The notes under the pieces: generated by a model
The model's database searches: none
The model's input: the letters and a program-made list of their open reading frames with translations, nothing else
Told to the model about the DNA's origin: nothing
Assembly: GCF_008000775.2 (NCBI RefSeq)
Contig: NZ_CP042905.2
Location: forward strand, 960,001-992,000
Reading direction: 5' to 3'
DNA length: 32,000 nucleotides
Source: Promethearchaeum syntrophicum
Lineage (GTDB): Archaea > Asgardarchaeota > Lokiarchaeia > Sigyniarchaeales > Promethearchaeaceae
Shown: positions 1 through 8,065 of the stretch, in pieces
Layout of the letters: each line of letters opens with the position of its first letter
How positions within the stretch are numbered: the first letter of the stretch is position 1
Program-made: the position numbers and the translations under genes

Positions 1-1
1 T

Positions 2-262
2 GAATTAAAAGATGAAAATTCAAATCTAGTTGTTGATGTGAGAGGACGTGGATTGATGTGGGGCGTGGAATTTGTTAATGATCGATACGGCATCGGTTAT
101 ACCCTTCAAATGATTCAGAATGGAATTTGGGCAGATTATTGTGGTAATCGAGAAAATACAATCAAATTGATGCCTCCGTTAATTGTGAACGAAATTGAGA
201 TGAGAGAAATAATGGTTCGATTAAAAAAAGCTATGAATAAGCTACCACAACCAAAGGAATAA
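2..262 (+). CDS. C-terminal fragment of a class-III (PLP-dependent) aminotransferase family protein, truncated by the window start
   Basis: Frame 2 is open from the window edge: ELKDENSNLVVDVRGRGLMWGVEFVND...IKLMPPLIVNEIEM. The VRGRGLMWGVEF and LMPPLIV motifs are typical of the acetylornithine/GABA aminotransferase C-terminus. Confidence 0.8.
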   Translation, partial: ELKDENSNLVVDVRGRGLMWGVEFVNDRYGIGYTLQMIQNGIWADYCGNRENTIKLMPPLIVNEIEMREIMVRLKKAMNKLPQPKE

Positions 263-294
263 TATAATAATTCGTTAAATGAGGAGATAATAAG

Positions 295-1320
295 ATGGAA
301 ATGAAAGGAAAGTTAGGAGTATTTTTAAGTAAAATTAAGAATGAAAGTGGAGAGTACGAAATTCTACAACTACTTGAAAAATCGTTAGATACAACCAATC
401 CAGAAAAAGGAGAAGTTCCAATAAAATTGCTTGGGTTTGGAGAAATTAGTTTAGTTTTTGAAATTTTGTCAGATAAAACAAAAAATCTTGCCTTCAAACG
501 CCTTCCTATCTTTGATAGTGAAGAACAAGTTAATAAACATATTAACGGTTATAATGAATACAATCGATTACTTAATGATGATCTTCAAATCGAAGTCCCA
601 CCTAGTGACGCTGCTTGGGTTTATGCTGACAAGAAAATGAAAAAAATTTCTCTCTACTGTATTCAAGATAAAATCTCTCAACCCGAATCAATTGGAAATA
701 AGATTATCCATCAAGTCGGGATAGATGATGTTAAAAATTTGATATTAATTATCATGCGCGAAACCAAAAAAGTCTGGAAATTTAATAAAAGTAATGTAGA
801 TAATGGAAAGCAAATTGGTTTAGATGGACAAATATCTAATTGGGTTGTAAAGAATTTTGATCCCAAGGATCCCCATGTCACGATTGATAGTAAACTTGTT
901 TATATTGACACGTCAACTCCTATGTTTAGAATCAATGGAGAAGATGCGATGGAAGGAATTTTATTCTTAAAAAGTGCCCCTTTTTTTCTGCGATGGATTT
1001 TGAAATTGTTCTTTTTAGATGAAGTTTTAGATCGCTATTATGATTGGCGCGAAGTAATAATCGATTTAATCGCTAATTTTCACAAAGAACAATTACCTGA
1101 AATGATTCCAGACTTACTCAATGTAGTTAATGAATTTTTTGTATCGGAAGCCAAAGAATTTAATATTGAACCGATAACTTTGAAGGAAATTGATAAATAT
1201 TATAAAAATGATAAGATGATTTGGGTTTTGTTTCAAAATTTCAGACGGTTTGACCGTTTCCTAAAGAAGATATTTAGAAAGAAATATGACTTCTATCTAC
1301 CTGATAAAATTAAAAGATAA
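295..1320 (+). CDS. Hypothetical protein, 341 aa; weak N-terminal resemblance to a kinase-like fold (LLGFGEISLVFEI...LAFKRL)
   Basis: Long ORF downstream of the aminotransferase; glycine-rich loop followed by a possible VAIK-like lysine. Assignment is by eye only. Confidence 0.7.
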   Translation: MEMKGKLGVFLSKIKNESGEYEILQLLEKSLDTTNPEKGEVPIKLLGFGEISLVFEILSDKTKNLAFKRLPIFDSEEQVNKHINGYNEYNRLLNDDLQIEVPPSDAAWVYADKKMKKISLYCIQDKISQPESIGNKIIHQVGIDDVKNLILIIMRETKKVWKFNKSNVDNGKQIGLDGQISNWVVKNFDPKDPHVTIDSKLVYIDTSTPMFRINGEDAMEGILFLKSAPFFLRWILKLFFLDEVLDRYYDWREVIIDLIANFHKEQLPEMIPDLLNVVNEFFVSEAKEFNIEPITLKEIDKYYKNDKMIWVLFQNFRRFDRFLKKIFRKKYDFYLPDKIKR

Positions 1321-1330
1321 TTAAAGCTTC

Positions 1331-1948
1331 TCAAAGATCTTTTCGCATTGTGTGAATTGCATCAATATCTAAAAATATTTTTGCTAACCAGATTTTTTTA
1401 GTTGAAATTATTTTAAAGCCATATGATTTATACAAGGAAATCGCACCTTGATTTCGGCTTAAAACCGATAATTCTAAATGTTTCATATTTTTTTTTCTTG
1501 CTAAATCCTCAGAAAATTGCAATAGTTTATACCCAATCCCTTTTTTTCTATAAGTTTGATCTACTCCTAAAGCTTTTATTTCTAAGGTATTTGGTTTAAC
1601 TTTTTCATAATCTTCAATAGACGTAATAATACTAGTTCGAAAAGCATACCATACTTTCATTTTTTGCCGGAGAGTTTTAAAAATGAATCTAAATGATTCT
1701 GGTTTCATTTTCATGTAAATTAAATTTAAAGCAGCCACATATTTCCCATCATATTCTAAGATATAAATTCCGTGGAAATCCTCTTTTTTCATGCGATTTA
1801 ATTTCAATAGTTTTACCAATTCAATATAATCTTCTTCAGGAATGCTTTTAAAGAAAAATGGAAATTTATCATTAAAAGCTTGTGAAATTATTCGAGAAAA
1901 CTCACCTATGTTGGTAGGATCGCATTTTCTGATTGAAATATTAACCAT
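1331..1948 (-). CDS. GNAT family N-acetyltransferase
   Basis: IKALGVDQTYRKKGIGYKLLQFSEDLARKKNMKHLELSVLSRNQGAISLYKSYGF is a characteristic GNAT motif A/B arrangement. Confidence 0.85.
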   Translation of the reverse strand: MVNISIRKCDPTNIGEFSRIISQAFNDKFPFFFKSIPEEDYIELVKLLKLNRMKKEDFHGIYILEYDGKYVAALNLIYMKMKPESFRFIFKTLRQKMKVWYAFRTSIITSIEDYEKVKPNTLEIKALGVDQTYRKKGIGYKLLQFSEDLARKKNMKHLELSVLSRNQGAISLYKSYGFKIISTKKIWLAKIFLDIDAIHTMRKDL

Positions 1949-1957
1949 TTTAATTCT

Positions 1958-2365
1958 CTAATCCAGTAGTTTTTTAAGTAAATGTTCTACTTTTTCTTTA
2001 ATGTTATCTCTTGTTTTTCTGAAAAATTGAATATCCTTTCCCCAAGGATCTTCTAGATCCCAATCTTCAACATTTGGAACCCCAATCGGCACTGGACAAG
2101 ATTCTTGAACTCCACGTCCCATAGATATAAAATGTGTAGAGACTCTTAACATATCAACAGTAATTAATTTTGGTTTTTGATGTGAAATATCAATTCCAAG
2201 TTCTTTCATTACCTGAACTGCAAAAGGGGTTACTTTTTCTTCTGGTTTTGTTCCAGCGGATTGTATGGATGCTTTTCCTTTACTCAAATGTTTAGCAATT
2301 CCTTCAGCCATTTGGGATCGACATGAATTACCAATACAAGCAAAAAGAATAGAAAACTTTTCCAT
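1958..2365 (-). CDS. arsC: Low-molecular-weight protein-tyrosine-phosphatase / arsenate reductase-like protein
   Basis: N-terminal ILFACIGNSCRSQMAEG P-loop (CxGNSCRS) and ...VPIGVPNVEDWDLEDPWG are typical of LMW-PTP/ArsC. Confidence 0.85.
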   Translation of the reverse strand: MEKFSILFACIGNSCRSQMAEGIAKHLSKGKASIQSAGTKPEEKVTPFAVQVMKELGIDISHQKPKLITVDMLRVSTHFISMGRGVQESCPVPIGVPNVEDWDLEDPWGKDIQFFRKTRDNIKEKVEHLLKKLLD

Positions 2366-2378
2366 TAATAATCACAAG

Positions 2379-2648
2379 TTAGAGTTTATTATCAAAAAGA
2401 ACAACATCAGCTATTTTATATTCTTCTGAATAAAATTGTTTAATTTTTTCTCTCTGCTTATCAGATAAATTCTCCGAATATGCTTTAAATAAGCGCGCTA
2501 AAGCTTCCTTTATTTTTGGACCATCTAAATCATTGAGTTGAACGAATCTTTGATTGACGCTGATTTTAATTTCTGTGAGTTTAATTTGTTCACGCATTGT
2601 TTTTTCTAAGATTTTTTTTAATTGTTCGGATGAATTATTTGAATCCAT
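2379..2648 (-). CDS. Hypothetical protein, 89 aa
   Basis: ORF in compact same-strand arrangement with the arsC-like gene. Confidence 0.55.
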   Translation of the reverse strand: MDSNNSSEQLKKILEKTMREQIKLTEIKISVNQRFVQLNDLDGPKIKEALARLFKAYSENLSDKQREKIKQFYSEEYKIADVVLFDNKL

Positions 2649-2679
2649 AATTTTACTGTAATTTTTTTCATTTATAGAT

Positions 2680-3144
2680 TTATATTTTTTTCCACATTTC
2701 AGTTCCGTGTTTAAATCCTAGTTCTTGATAAAGAGGTAATCCCATATCGGAAGCATGTAGTGTTACTTTCTCAATATGTTCTGTTTTAAGCCATTTGATT
2801 ATAGTTTCCATAATCATTTTTCCGATACCTTGCCTCCTATATTCCTCTATTACAACTAAATTCATAACATACCCTTGTTTTCCTGACATATTTGAAGAAC
2901 TAGGAGGATGTTGATCTATTACTAGCCCTCCTGAGGCTATGCCTATCTGGGATGGCGAATCAACGATCCATCCTTTGAATTCACCGGTTGGAATCGTTTT
3001 TCGAAAATAGTTTTTTGCTTTGACAAGGCTTTTTTCTAATAATTCACCACTATCTTCCATGGATTCAAACATAATACGGCGTAAATTTAAAAAATCACTA
3101 ATGTCTTTTAGTGATACTTCTCTAATTATAAATTTCTCTTGCAT
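2680..3144 (-). CDS. GNAT family N-acetyltransferase
   Basis: VMNLVVIEEYRRQGIGKMIMETIIKWLKTEHIEKVTLHASDMGLPLYQELGFK. The track ORF starts at 3207, but the internal Met at 3144 (MQEKFIIREVSL) avoids overlap with the upstream tatD-like gene. Confidence 0.8.
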   Translation of the reverse strand: MQEKFIIREVSLKDISDFLNLRRIMFESMEDSGELLEKSLVKAKNYFRKTIPTGEFKGWIVDSPSQIGIASGGLVIDQHPPSSSNMSGKQGYVMNLVVIEEYRRQGIGKMIMETIIKWLKTEHIEKVTLHASDMGLPLYQELGFKHGTEMWKKI

Positions 3145-3151
3145 ATATTTG

Positions 3152-4069
3152 TCAACCCTGCATAATTTTAAAAAAATTTTTGGCATTGTCAAATACAATT
3201 TTAGCAACTTCCTGTTGTTCCATTAAATGAGAAAAAGCCAGAGCGGTAATTGCATATTTTACGTTTCTAGGGGTATTTGATACACCATATTGATACGGGT
3301 GTTGATAAGGTGCATCAGTTTCAGTTACAATATTTGAAATGGGAACTTCAGATGAAAAATTTCTCATTTTTTTATTTCCATAAGCAGAACTTATTACAGA
3401 TATTATGAAACCTTGTGATGCAATTTTGTTACCCCATTCTTTAGTTGGACCAGAAAAACAATGCCACATTACTCTTGAAGGCTCAATTTCTTCCTCCTCT
3501 AAGATTTTTAAGATAATTTTATTCACGCTATCAAAATCATTAAACTCATGGTTAGGATTATCAGTGTCTACATCATTTTGGGTAGGATTTCTAACATGAA
3601 GGATGTAGGGTTTATTCAAGGTTTTTGTCTCTTGAATGATTTTTTTAAATATTTCGATTTGATGATTCCTTTTATCCAGTTTCTTAGCATGGTGAAAATC
3701 TAAACCGATTTCTCCAATTCCTAAGTAATTACTATAATTATGTGGGTTTTTAATATAATCCATCCATTGGGAAAAGTCTTCATCGTGTTTCTTCTTATTT
3801 GTAAAAGTAACAGTCTGAGGTGCCCACCCTGATGTGAATCCCATATGTTCATGACTTTCTACAAAATCTCGGATAAATTGGAGGGATTCCCAATCAACTG
3901 AACTCGAAATAATATATTTTCCCCCTTCTTTAAAAAATAAATCATACTGATTTTCATACGTTTCATCCATTCTGGCTGGATTTTGATTCCATGGAATATG
4001 ACAATGACAATCTATAAATTGTAAAAATGATTCCGGTTCTATTGGGACAATTCCCCTTTTTTTCTTCAT
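3152..4069 (-). CDS. TatD-family metal-dependent hydrolase / DNase
   Basis: FIDCHCHIPW near the N-terminus, GIGEIGLDFHHAK, KPYILHVRNP, VMWHCFSG and IVTETDAPY follow the TatD signature order. Confidence 0.85.
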   Translation of the reverse strand: MKKKRGIVPIEPESFLQFIDCHCHIPWNQNPARMDETYENQYDLFFKEGGKYIISSSVDWESLQFIRDFVESHEHMGFTSGWAPQTVTFTNKKKHDEDFSQWMDYIKNPHNYSNYLGIGEIGLDFHHAKKLDKRNHQIEIFKKIIQETKTLNKPYILHVRNPTQNDVDTDNPNHEFNDFDSVNKIILKILEEEEIEPSRVMWHCFSGPTKEWGNKIASQGFIISVISSAYGNKKMRNFSSEVPISNIVTETDAPYQHPYQYGVSNTPRNVKYAITALAFSHLMEQQEVAKIVFDNAKNFFKIMQG

Positions 4070-4258
4070 AAAACACCTTTATCTGAAGTTTTTTTATAAA
4101 CTTTTCTAAAAGACCTATTTACTAAAAGAAATAATATTTTATAAACAAATTAAAAGAAATATATGCTCTTTGAAATACTTTTTTCAATTTATTTTTATGA
4201 TTTTTATTCCATTTTATGATATATAAATATTTACTCTTTAAACAGATAGACTTTCCAG

Positions 4259-4298
4259 CGTATTACGTTAAAAAAAAACGTATTACGAACGTATTACG
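4259..4298. repeat. Three copies of CGTATTACG (4259-4267, 4279-4287, 4290-4298) at the left edge of the accessory block
   Basis: Direct reading: gCGTATTACGttaaaaaaaaaCGTATTACGaaCGTATTACGc. The reverse-complement pair occurs at 16901-16921. Confidence 0.9.
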
Positions 4299-4368
4299 CA
4301 ATAGATTTAAATTTATCAGATAGGTTAGTTAATTATATTAATTAAATAAAAATAAAATTGATTAAATT

Positions 4369-4608
4369 ATGCCAAAAAATAAAAAAATTGAAACAGGTTC
4401 TCAAATAACATTTGGATTATTACCATCACAAAAAGAACAGTTTGAATTAGAAGCATCTGAACAACAAATTTCATTAGGTCAATTATTACGAAACAAACTA
4501 TTCGGATATGAAAAATTAACAAAAGAAAGGGAAGAAATTGGAAAGGAAATTACTGATTATTTAAAAAAGAATCTAACTAAAGAATATCTTATTAAAATCT
4601 TAAAATAA
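4369..4608 (+). CDS. Small protein, 79 aa, possible ribbon-helix-helix/MobC-like DNA-binding protein
   Basis: MPKNKKIETGSQITFGLLPSQKEQFELEASEQQISLGQLLRNKLFG resembles the strand plus two-helix layout of RHH proteins. Weak, by eye. Confidence 0.6.
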   Translation: MPKNKKIETGSQITFGLLPSQKEQFELEASEQQISLGQLLRNKLFGYEKLTKEREEIGKEITDYLKKNLTKEYLIKILK

Positions 4609-4627
4609 TACTCAGTTTGATTAAGAG

Positions 4628-4840
4628 TTGACTAATTTGGTGATATTCAAAAAGAAACATAAAGAAAATGAAGAAATTGAAAATCTATATAAAAGAGATA
4701 TTAATAAGTTAAAAACAATCAAGAAACGTGCTCTCGTAAAAAAAATTAACCAAGATTATGATATTCGAAAATTCTATGAAAATTATATGAGTATTATTAA
4801 AAATGGATTTATAAAAAAACCAAAAATGAGCAGAAAATAG
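4628..4840 (+). CDS. Small lysine-rich hypothetical protein
   Basis: ORF in tandem with neighbouring same-strand small ORFs. Confidence 0.4.
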   Translation: MTNLVIFKKKHKENEEIENLYKRDINKLKTIKKRALVKKINQDYDIRKFYENYMSIIKNGFIKKPKMSRK

Positions 4841-4869
4841 TGGTAAAGAAAACAAAAAAGGAAAGTAAA

Positions 4870-5280
4870 ATGAGTAAAACAAAATACGTATATTGGGAAA
4901 CATTAGAAAATAGAAAAAAGGTCAAGAAAAAAAAGTGGATGAAGAAATTCATGAAAAATAAAATTACAACATTGACACTTGAAGAAATTTTAAAAGAGGT
5001 CAATAGACATCAGGATTATTTTTTATCAATAGTAGACGAAAATCATAGTATTCATTACCTTAATGGTTTTGTCGGTGTGGGTGCCTTAAAAGAACCTCGA
5101 GACCATCTTGGTTATCTCAATACAATAGTTATGTATAGTTGTGGATATAATCTTGATGGCAGCGAAATTAAGAAACTAAGCGAACAGGAATTCACTCTTG
5201 AAGAGGCTGAAGATATGGTAGAAGTTCTAAAAATTTGTATTGAGCGGTATAAAGAGCGTGAACATAGAAAAAAGGATTGA
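4870..5280 (+). CDS. Hypothetical protein (~136 aa from the Met at 4870; track ORF starts at 4840)
   Basis: ORF with protein-like composition (SIVDENHSIHYLNGFVGVGALKEPRDHLGYLNTIVMYSCGYNLDG); overlaps the next ORF by 4 nt. Confidence 0.6.
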   Translation: MSKTKYVYWETLENRKKVKKKKWMKKFMKNKITTLTLEEILKEVNRHQDYFLSIVDENHSIHYLNGFVGVGALKEPRDHLGYLNTIVMYSCGYNLDGSEIKKLSEQEFTLEEAEDMVEVLKICIERYKEREHRKKD

Positions 5281-5561
5281 AAATAATGGCAAAGAAAAAT
5301 ACAATTACGAAAAAACCAACAACTCTTGACATGTTGCATGAATTTGCTGAATATACTGGAAAAGAATTTGCAGAAGTTAAAAATCTCTATGAAAAGATGT
5401 TAATTAAGGAAAAAGAAAAAAATTTCAATAAATGGGATGGTAAAATTCTTGATAAGCGAGTTCTTGTGAAGTTAAGAAATTTATATGATGAAAGTCAATT
5501 TGTATTATATTCTAAAAAATTTAATTCAATGTGGTTTCTTTATTTTTCTAAGAATGTATGA
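5277..5561 (+). CDS. Hypothetical protein, 94 aa
   Basis: Start overlaps the preceding stop, suggesting translational coupling. Confidence 0.5.
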   Translation: MKIMAKKNTITKKPTTLDMLHEFAEYTGKEFAEVKNLYEKMLIKEKEKNFNKWDGKILDKRVLVKLRNLYDESQFVLYSKKFNSMWFLYFSKNV

Positions 5562-5643
5562 ATAAGATTCTTTTTTTAGATACAATAGAAGGTTGTAAAA
5601 AGGAAAATGGAATTATTAATTTTTTTATATAGTTTTATACTAT

Positions 5644-5955
5644 TTAACTAACCAAAGATTCAATATCCATACCCATATTTTGCATTATTTTTATCATACA
5701 TTCATCAATTGGTCTCAAACCATTTTTATCCAAATCTCCAGACAGGTGTTTCATTAACAAATTCATAGGTAATTCGAGATCATCAGGGATTGGAATTTCT
5801 TCTTGATAAAGTAATAATCAATTAATAATTATTTTGAAGTTGTTTTTCACAAGAGTAGGTTCTTTATCGTAAATTGATATAAAATATCCACTAAAATTGT
5901 TAATTGTTATTATTTTCTGTTGTTTTTTGACTGTTTCAGTAAATTTTACTTTCAT
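5644..5955 (-). pseudogene. Possible interrupted gene: 103 readable residues split by one in-frame TGA at 5818-5820
   Basis: Minus-strand reading: MKVKFTETVKKQQKIITINNFSGYFISIYDKEPTLVKNNFKIIIN-TGA-LLLYQEEIPIPDDLELPMNLLMKHLSGDLDKNGLRPIDECMIKMMQNMGMDIESLVS*. Same frame on both sides; not in the ORF track. Confidence 0.45.
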
Positions 5956-6197
5956 AGATTTCACCTAAATACTCGTTAATTAATACAGATTAAAACATAT
6001 ATTTACAAAAACGTGTTTTAAATTAATATAGTATAAAAATATCCTAATCTTTTTTTGTGATTTTTTTCTTAATTTTAAACTCCTACAGAGTTTTAAAAAT
6101 TAGGAAAATTCTAATTATAAGTGAATAAAATGAAATATAAAATCATTTAAATTGACTAATTATAATTTCAGTTGAGAATTAAAAAATGATGAAAAAA

Positions 6198-6845
6198 CTA
6201 TAATTCTACATAGGGCAAATCTTCATCAGGAACACGACCATAATAATGTGAAAGTTTCAACCTTAATTGATGTCTTATATCAACTGAAAGCTGCAAAATT
6301 TTGATTTTCTCAAAATTTTTTTTAATCTTACCATTTCCTTTAAGATTCTTACTTTCTACATAAAATACTCGAGTGAAATCAATCATGTAATCGTAAATAT
6401 TTGATTTGTTTCTAATGTATGATTTAAAAAAGGGATTTCCTTTAAAAATAAAGAAGTTTTTAAATGAATAAGTCGGAGATGCTCTATCATATTTTGCCTT
6501 TTCTTCATTCGTTAATGAAAGATAATTGGCTTTAGTAATCGCATTTTTTGGTGCAACTAAGCGATTAATTCTTGTAAGATCTTCATAAAAATAGGGATTA
6601 TTAAAAATTGTTGAATGGATTTCAAATAATGGAGCTAATGAAAAAAATTGAGGTCCTATAGAACAACATGGAGTCAGTATTACTAAAAATTCAGAATTTG
6701 AAATTTCCAATTTGAAATTTGAATTCTCTTGAATTGACAAAAACGGAGTGTTTATAATTGGATGTGTATGAGCAATTCCCTTAACTATGTCACCCAAACG
6801 GAGATTTCTTTCCATTTGTTCTTCGTAAAAATCTTCAATGATCAT
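6198..6845 (-). CDS. Hypothetical protein (~215 aa), third gene of a compact cassette
   Basis: LRLGDIVKGIAHTHPIIN...SEFLVILTPCCSIG. The track ORF starts at 6881; the internal Met at 6845 gives only a short overlap with the preceding gene. Confidence 0.7.
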   Translation of the reverse strand: MIIEDFYEEQMERNLRLGDIVKGIAHTHPIINTPFLSIQENSNFKLEISNSEFLVILTPCCSIGPQFFSLAPLFEIHSTIFNNPYFYEDLTRINRLVAPKNAITKANYLSLTNEEKAKYDRASPTYSFKNFFIFKGNPFFKSYIRNKSNIYDYMIDFTRVFYVESKNLKGNGKIKKNFEKIKILQLSVDIRHQLRLKLSHYYGRVPDEDLPYVEL

Positions 6846-7092
6846 CATCATTATCTTCTGGGTTAAAATAAAATTGTTCAATATTTACTTCTGAAGATTT
6901 TATTTTCAACTTTTCATAATTAATAAAATCTTGATTTATTTCAATTTCAGTGATTCCAAGAAATTTTCCTTCCACATCAGTTTTAATTGAAACTAAATAC
7001 TTTTCAAATGGATATTTTACAATTAGAAAAGTTTCAGGATTTTCATGCTTAAAATGACCTATTTGATCAAAAATATCATCTTCATTACTCAT
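6835..7092 (-). CDS. Small acidic hypothetical protein, 85 aa, middle gene of the cassette
   Basis: Overlaps both neighbours by a few nucleotides in the same orientation. Confidence 0.65.
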   Translation of the reverse strand: MSNEDDIFDQIGHFKHENPETFLIVKYPFEKYLVSIKTDVEGKFLGITEIEINQDFINYEKLKIKSSEVNIEQFYFNPEDNDDDH

Positions 7093-7852
7093 CTAATTTA
7101 CCAGTCTCCATATATTTTATAATTGGATCTTTAATCGAATTTCCATATTCCTCAGTAATTAATTCATGTAATTCATCTAAAACATTAAGATAATCACTTG
7201 CATTGACATCTTGTGCGTATCCATCAAAATCCAAATACAATTTTTCAACGCCATCAATAATTTTCACTTTTTCTCCAAATCTTAGATAATTTTCTTCTCT
7301 TTTTACATCTGCAAAAAAAGCAATTTCTTTAGCATCATTTAAACCAAATCTACTTAGTGGAAAAGTAGAATTATATAATTTTAGAAAATTATTTTTATCT
7401 TTTGGCATTGGACATTCATCAATATACCTTAAACCAATTCGTTCAAAAACTAAAATTGGAATATATTCAAGAAAAACTTTCATAACTTCTATTATAACTT
7501 CTCTTAGACTATTATCTGGATCTCTTTGATAAGATTTATACTTAGTTGATGAAATCGATAGAGTATTTGAGGATATCTCTAATAAATAATTGCTAGATGA
7601 TTCAAATCTCCATATGGTATTACCAATTGGTTGATCAGAAATACTTGGGATTTTGGTATCAGGAGTAATGTTAGCAAATAAGATGTTGTGTTTTATAACT
7701 TTGGATGATTTAGGGAATTCTTTCATTAATTTTAATTGAATATCCCCAATTTTAGATCCGATCATAAAGAGATTAGAATACCTAATTTGAAATATAACTT
7801 GCTTTGCAGTAGCATATTTATAGGATTTAGTAATTTTAACCATTAAGATCAC
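7085..7852 (-). CDS. TIGR04255-family-like protein
   Basis: Central ...ILVFERIGLRYIDECP... and overall layout (N-terminal YATAKQVIFQIRYSNLF) resemble the sporadically distributed TIGR04255 family. By eye; likely start is MVKITKSYKYATAKQ, a few codons in. Confidence 0.65.
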   Translation of the reverse strand: MILMVKITKSYKYATAKQVIFQIRYSNLFMIGSKIGDIQLKLMKEFPKSSKVIKHNILFANITPDTKIPSISDQPIGNTIWRFESSSNYLLEISSNTLSISSTKYKSYQRDPDNSLREVIIEVMKVFLEYIPILVFERIGLRYIDECPMPKDKNNFLKLYNSTFPLSRFGLNDAKEIAFFADVKREENYLRFGEKVKIIDGVEKLYLDFDGYAQDVNASDYLNVLDELHELITEEYGNSIKDPIIKYMETGKLDE

Positions 7853-8065
7853 TTTGTTAGATATTCAATATATTTTTACTTATTAAAAAAAATATAATGA
7901 TCTAATAAAATTTGAATACTATTATAAAGAAGATAATGAAAATATTAAAATAAAAATTGGCAAAATCATCTCTTTTGTCATAATTTATATTCCTCCTAAT
8001 TGATTATTTGAAAAGGTCATAAAAAAAAAAAAAAGAAGAAAAAAAAAAAAGAATTAAATAATTTT

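Noticed and set aside
231-640. ORFs 231..497 (-) and 458..640 (+)
   Set aside because: Antisense or out-of-frame within the 341-aa ORF, with low-complexity translations.
3020-3599. ORFs 3020..3226 (+) and 3405..3599 (+)
   Set aside because: Antisense to well-supported acetyltransferase and TatD-like genes.
5818-5820. Selenocysteine recoding of the in-frame TGA
   Set aside because: No SECIS-like structure recognised and a TGG-to-TGA change explains it more simply; kept only as a possible pseudogene.
8020-8055. Long A-rich tract after the Type IIG gene as a novel repeat
   Set aside because: It is a T-run on the transcribed minus strand immediately downstream of the gene, which fits an ordinary archaeal terminator.
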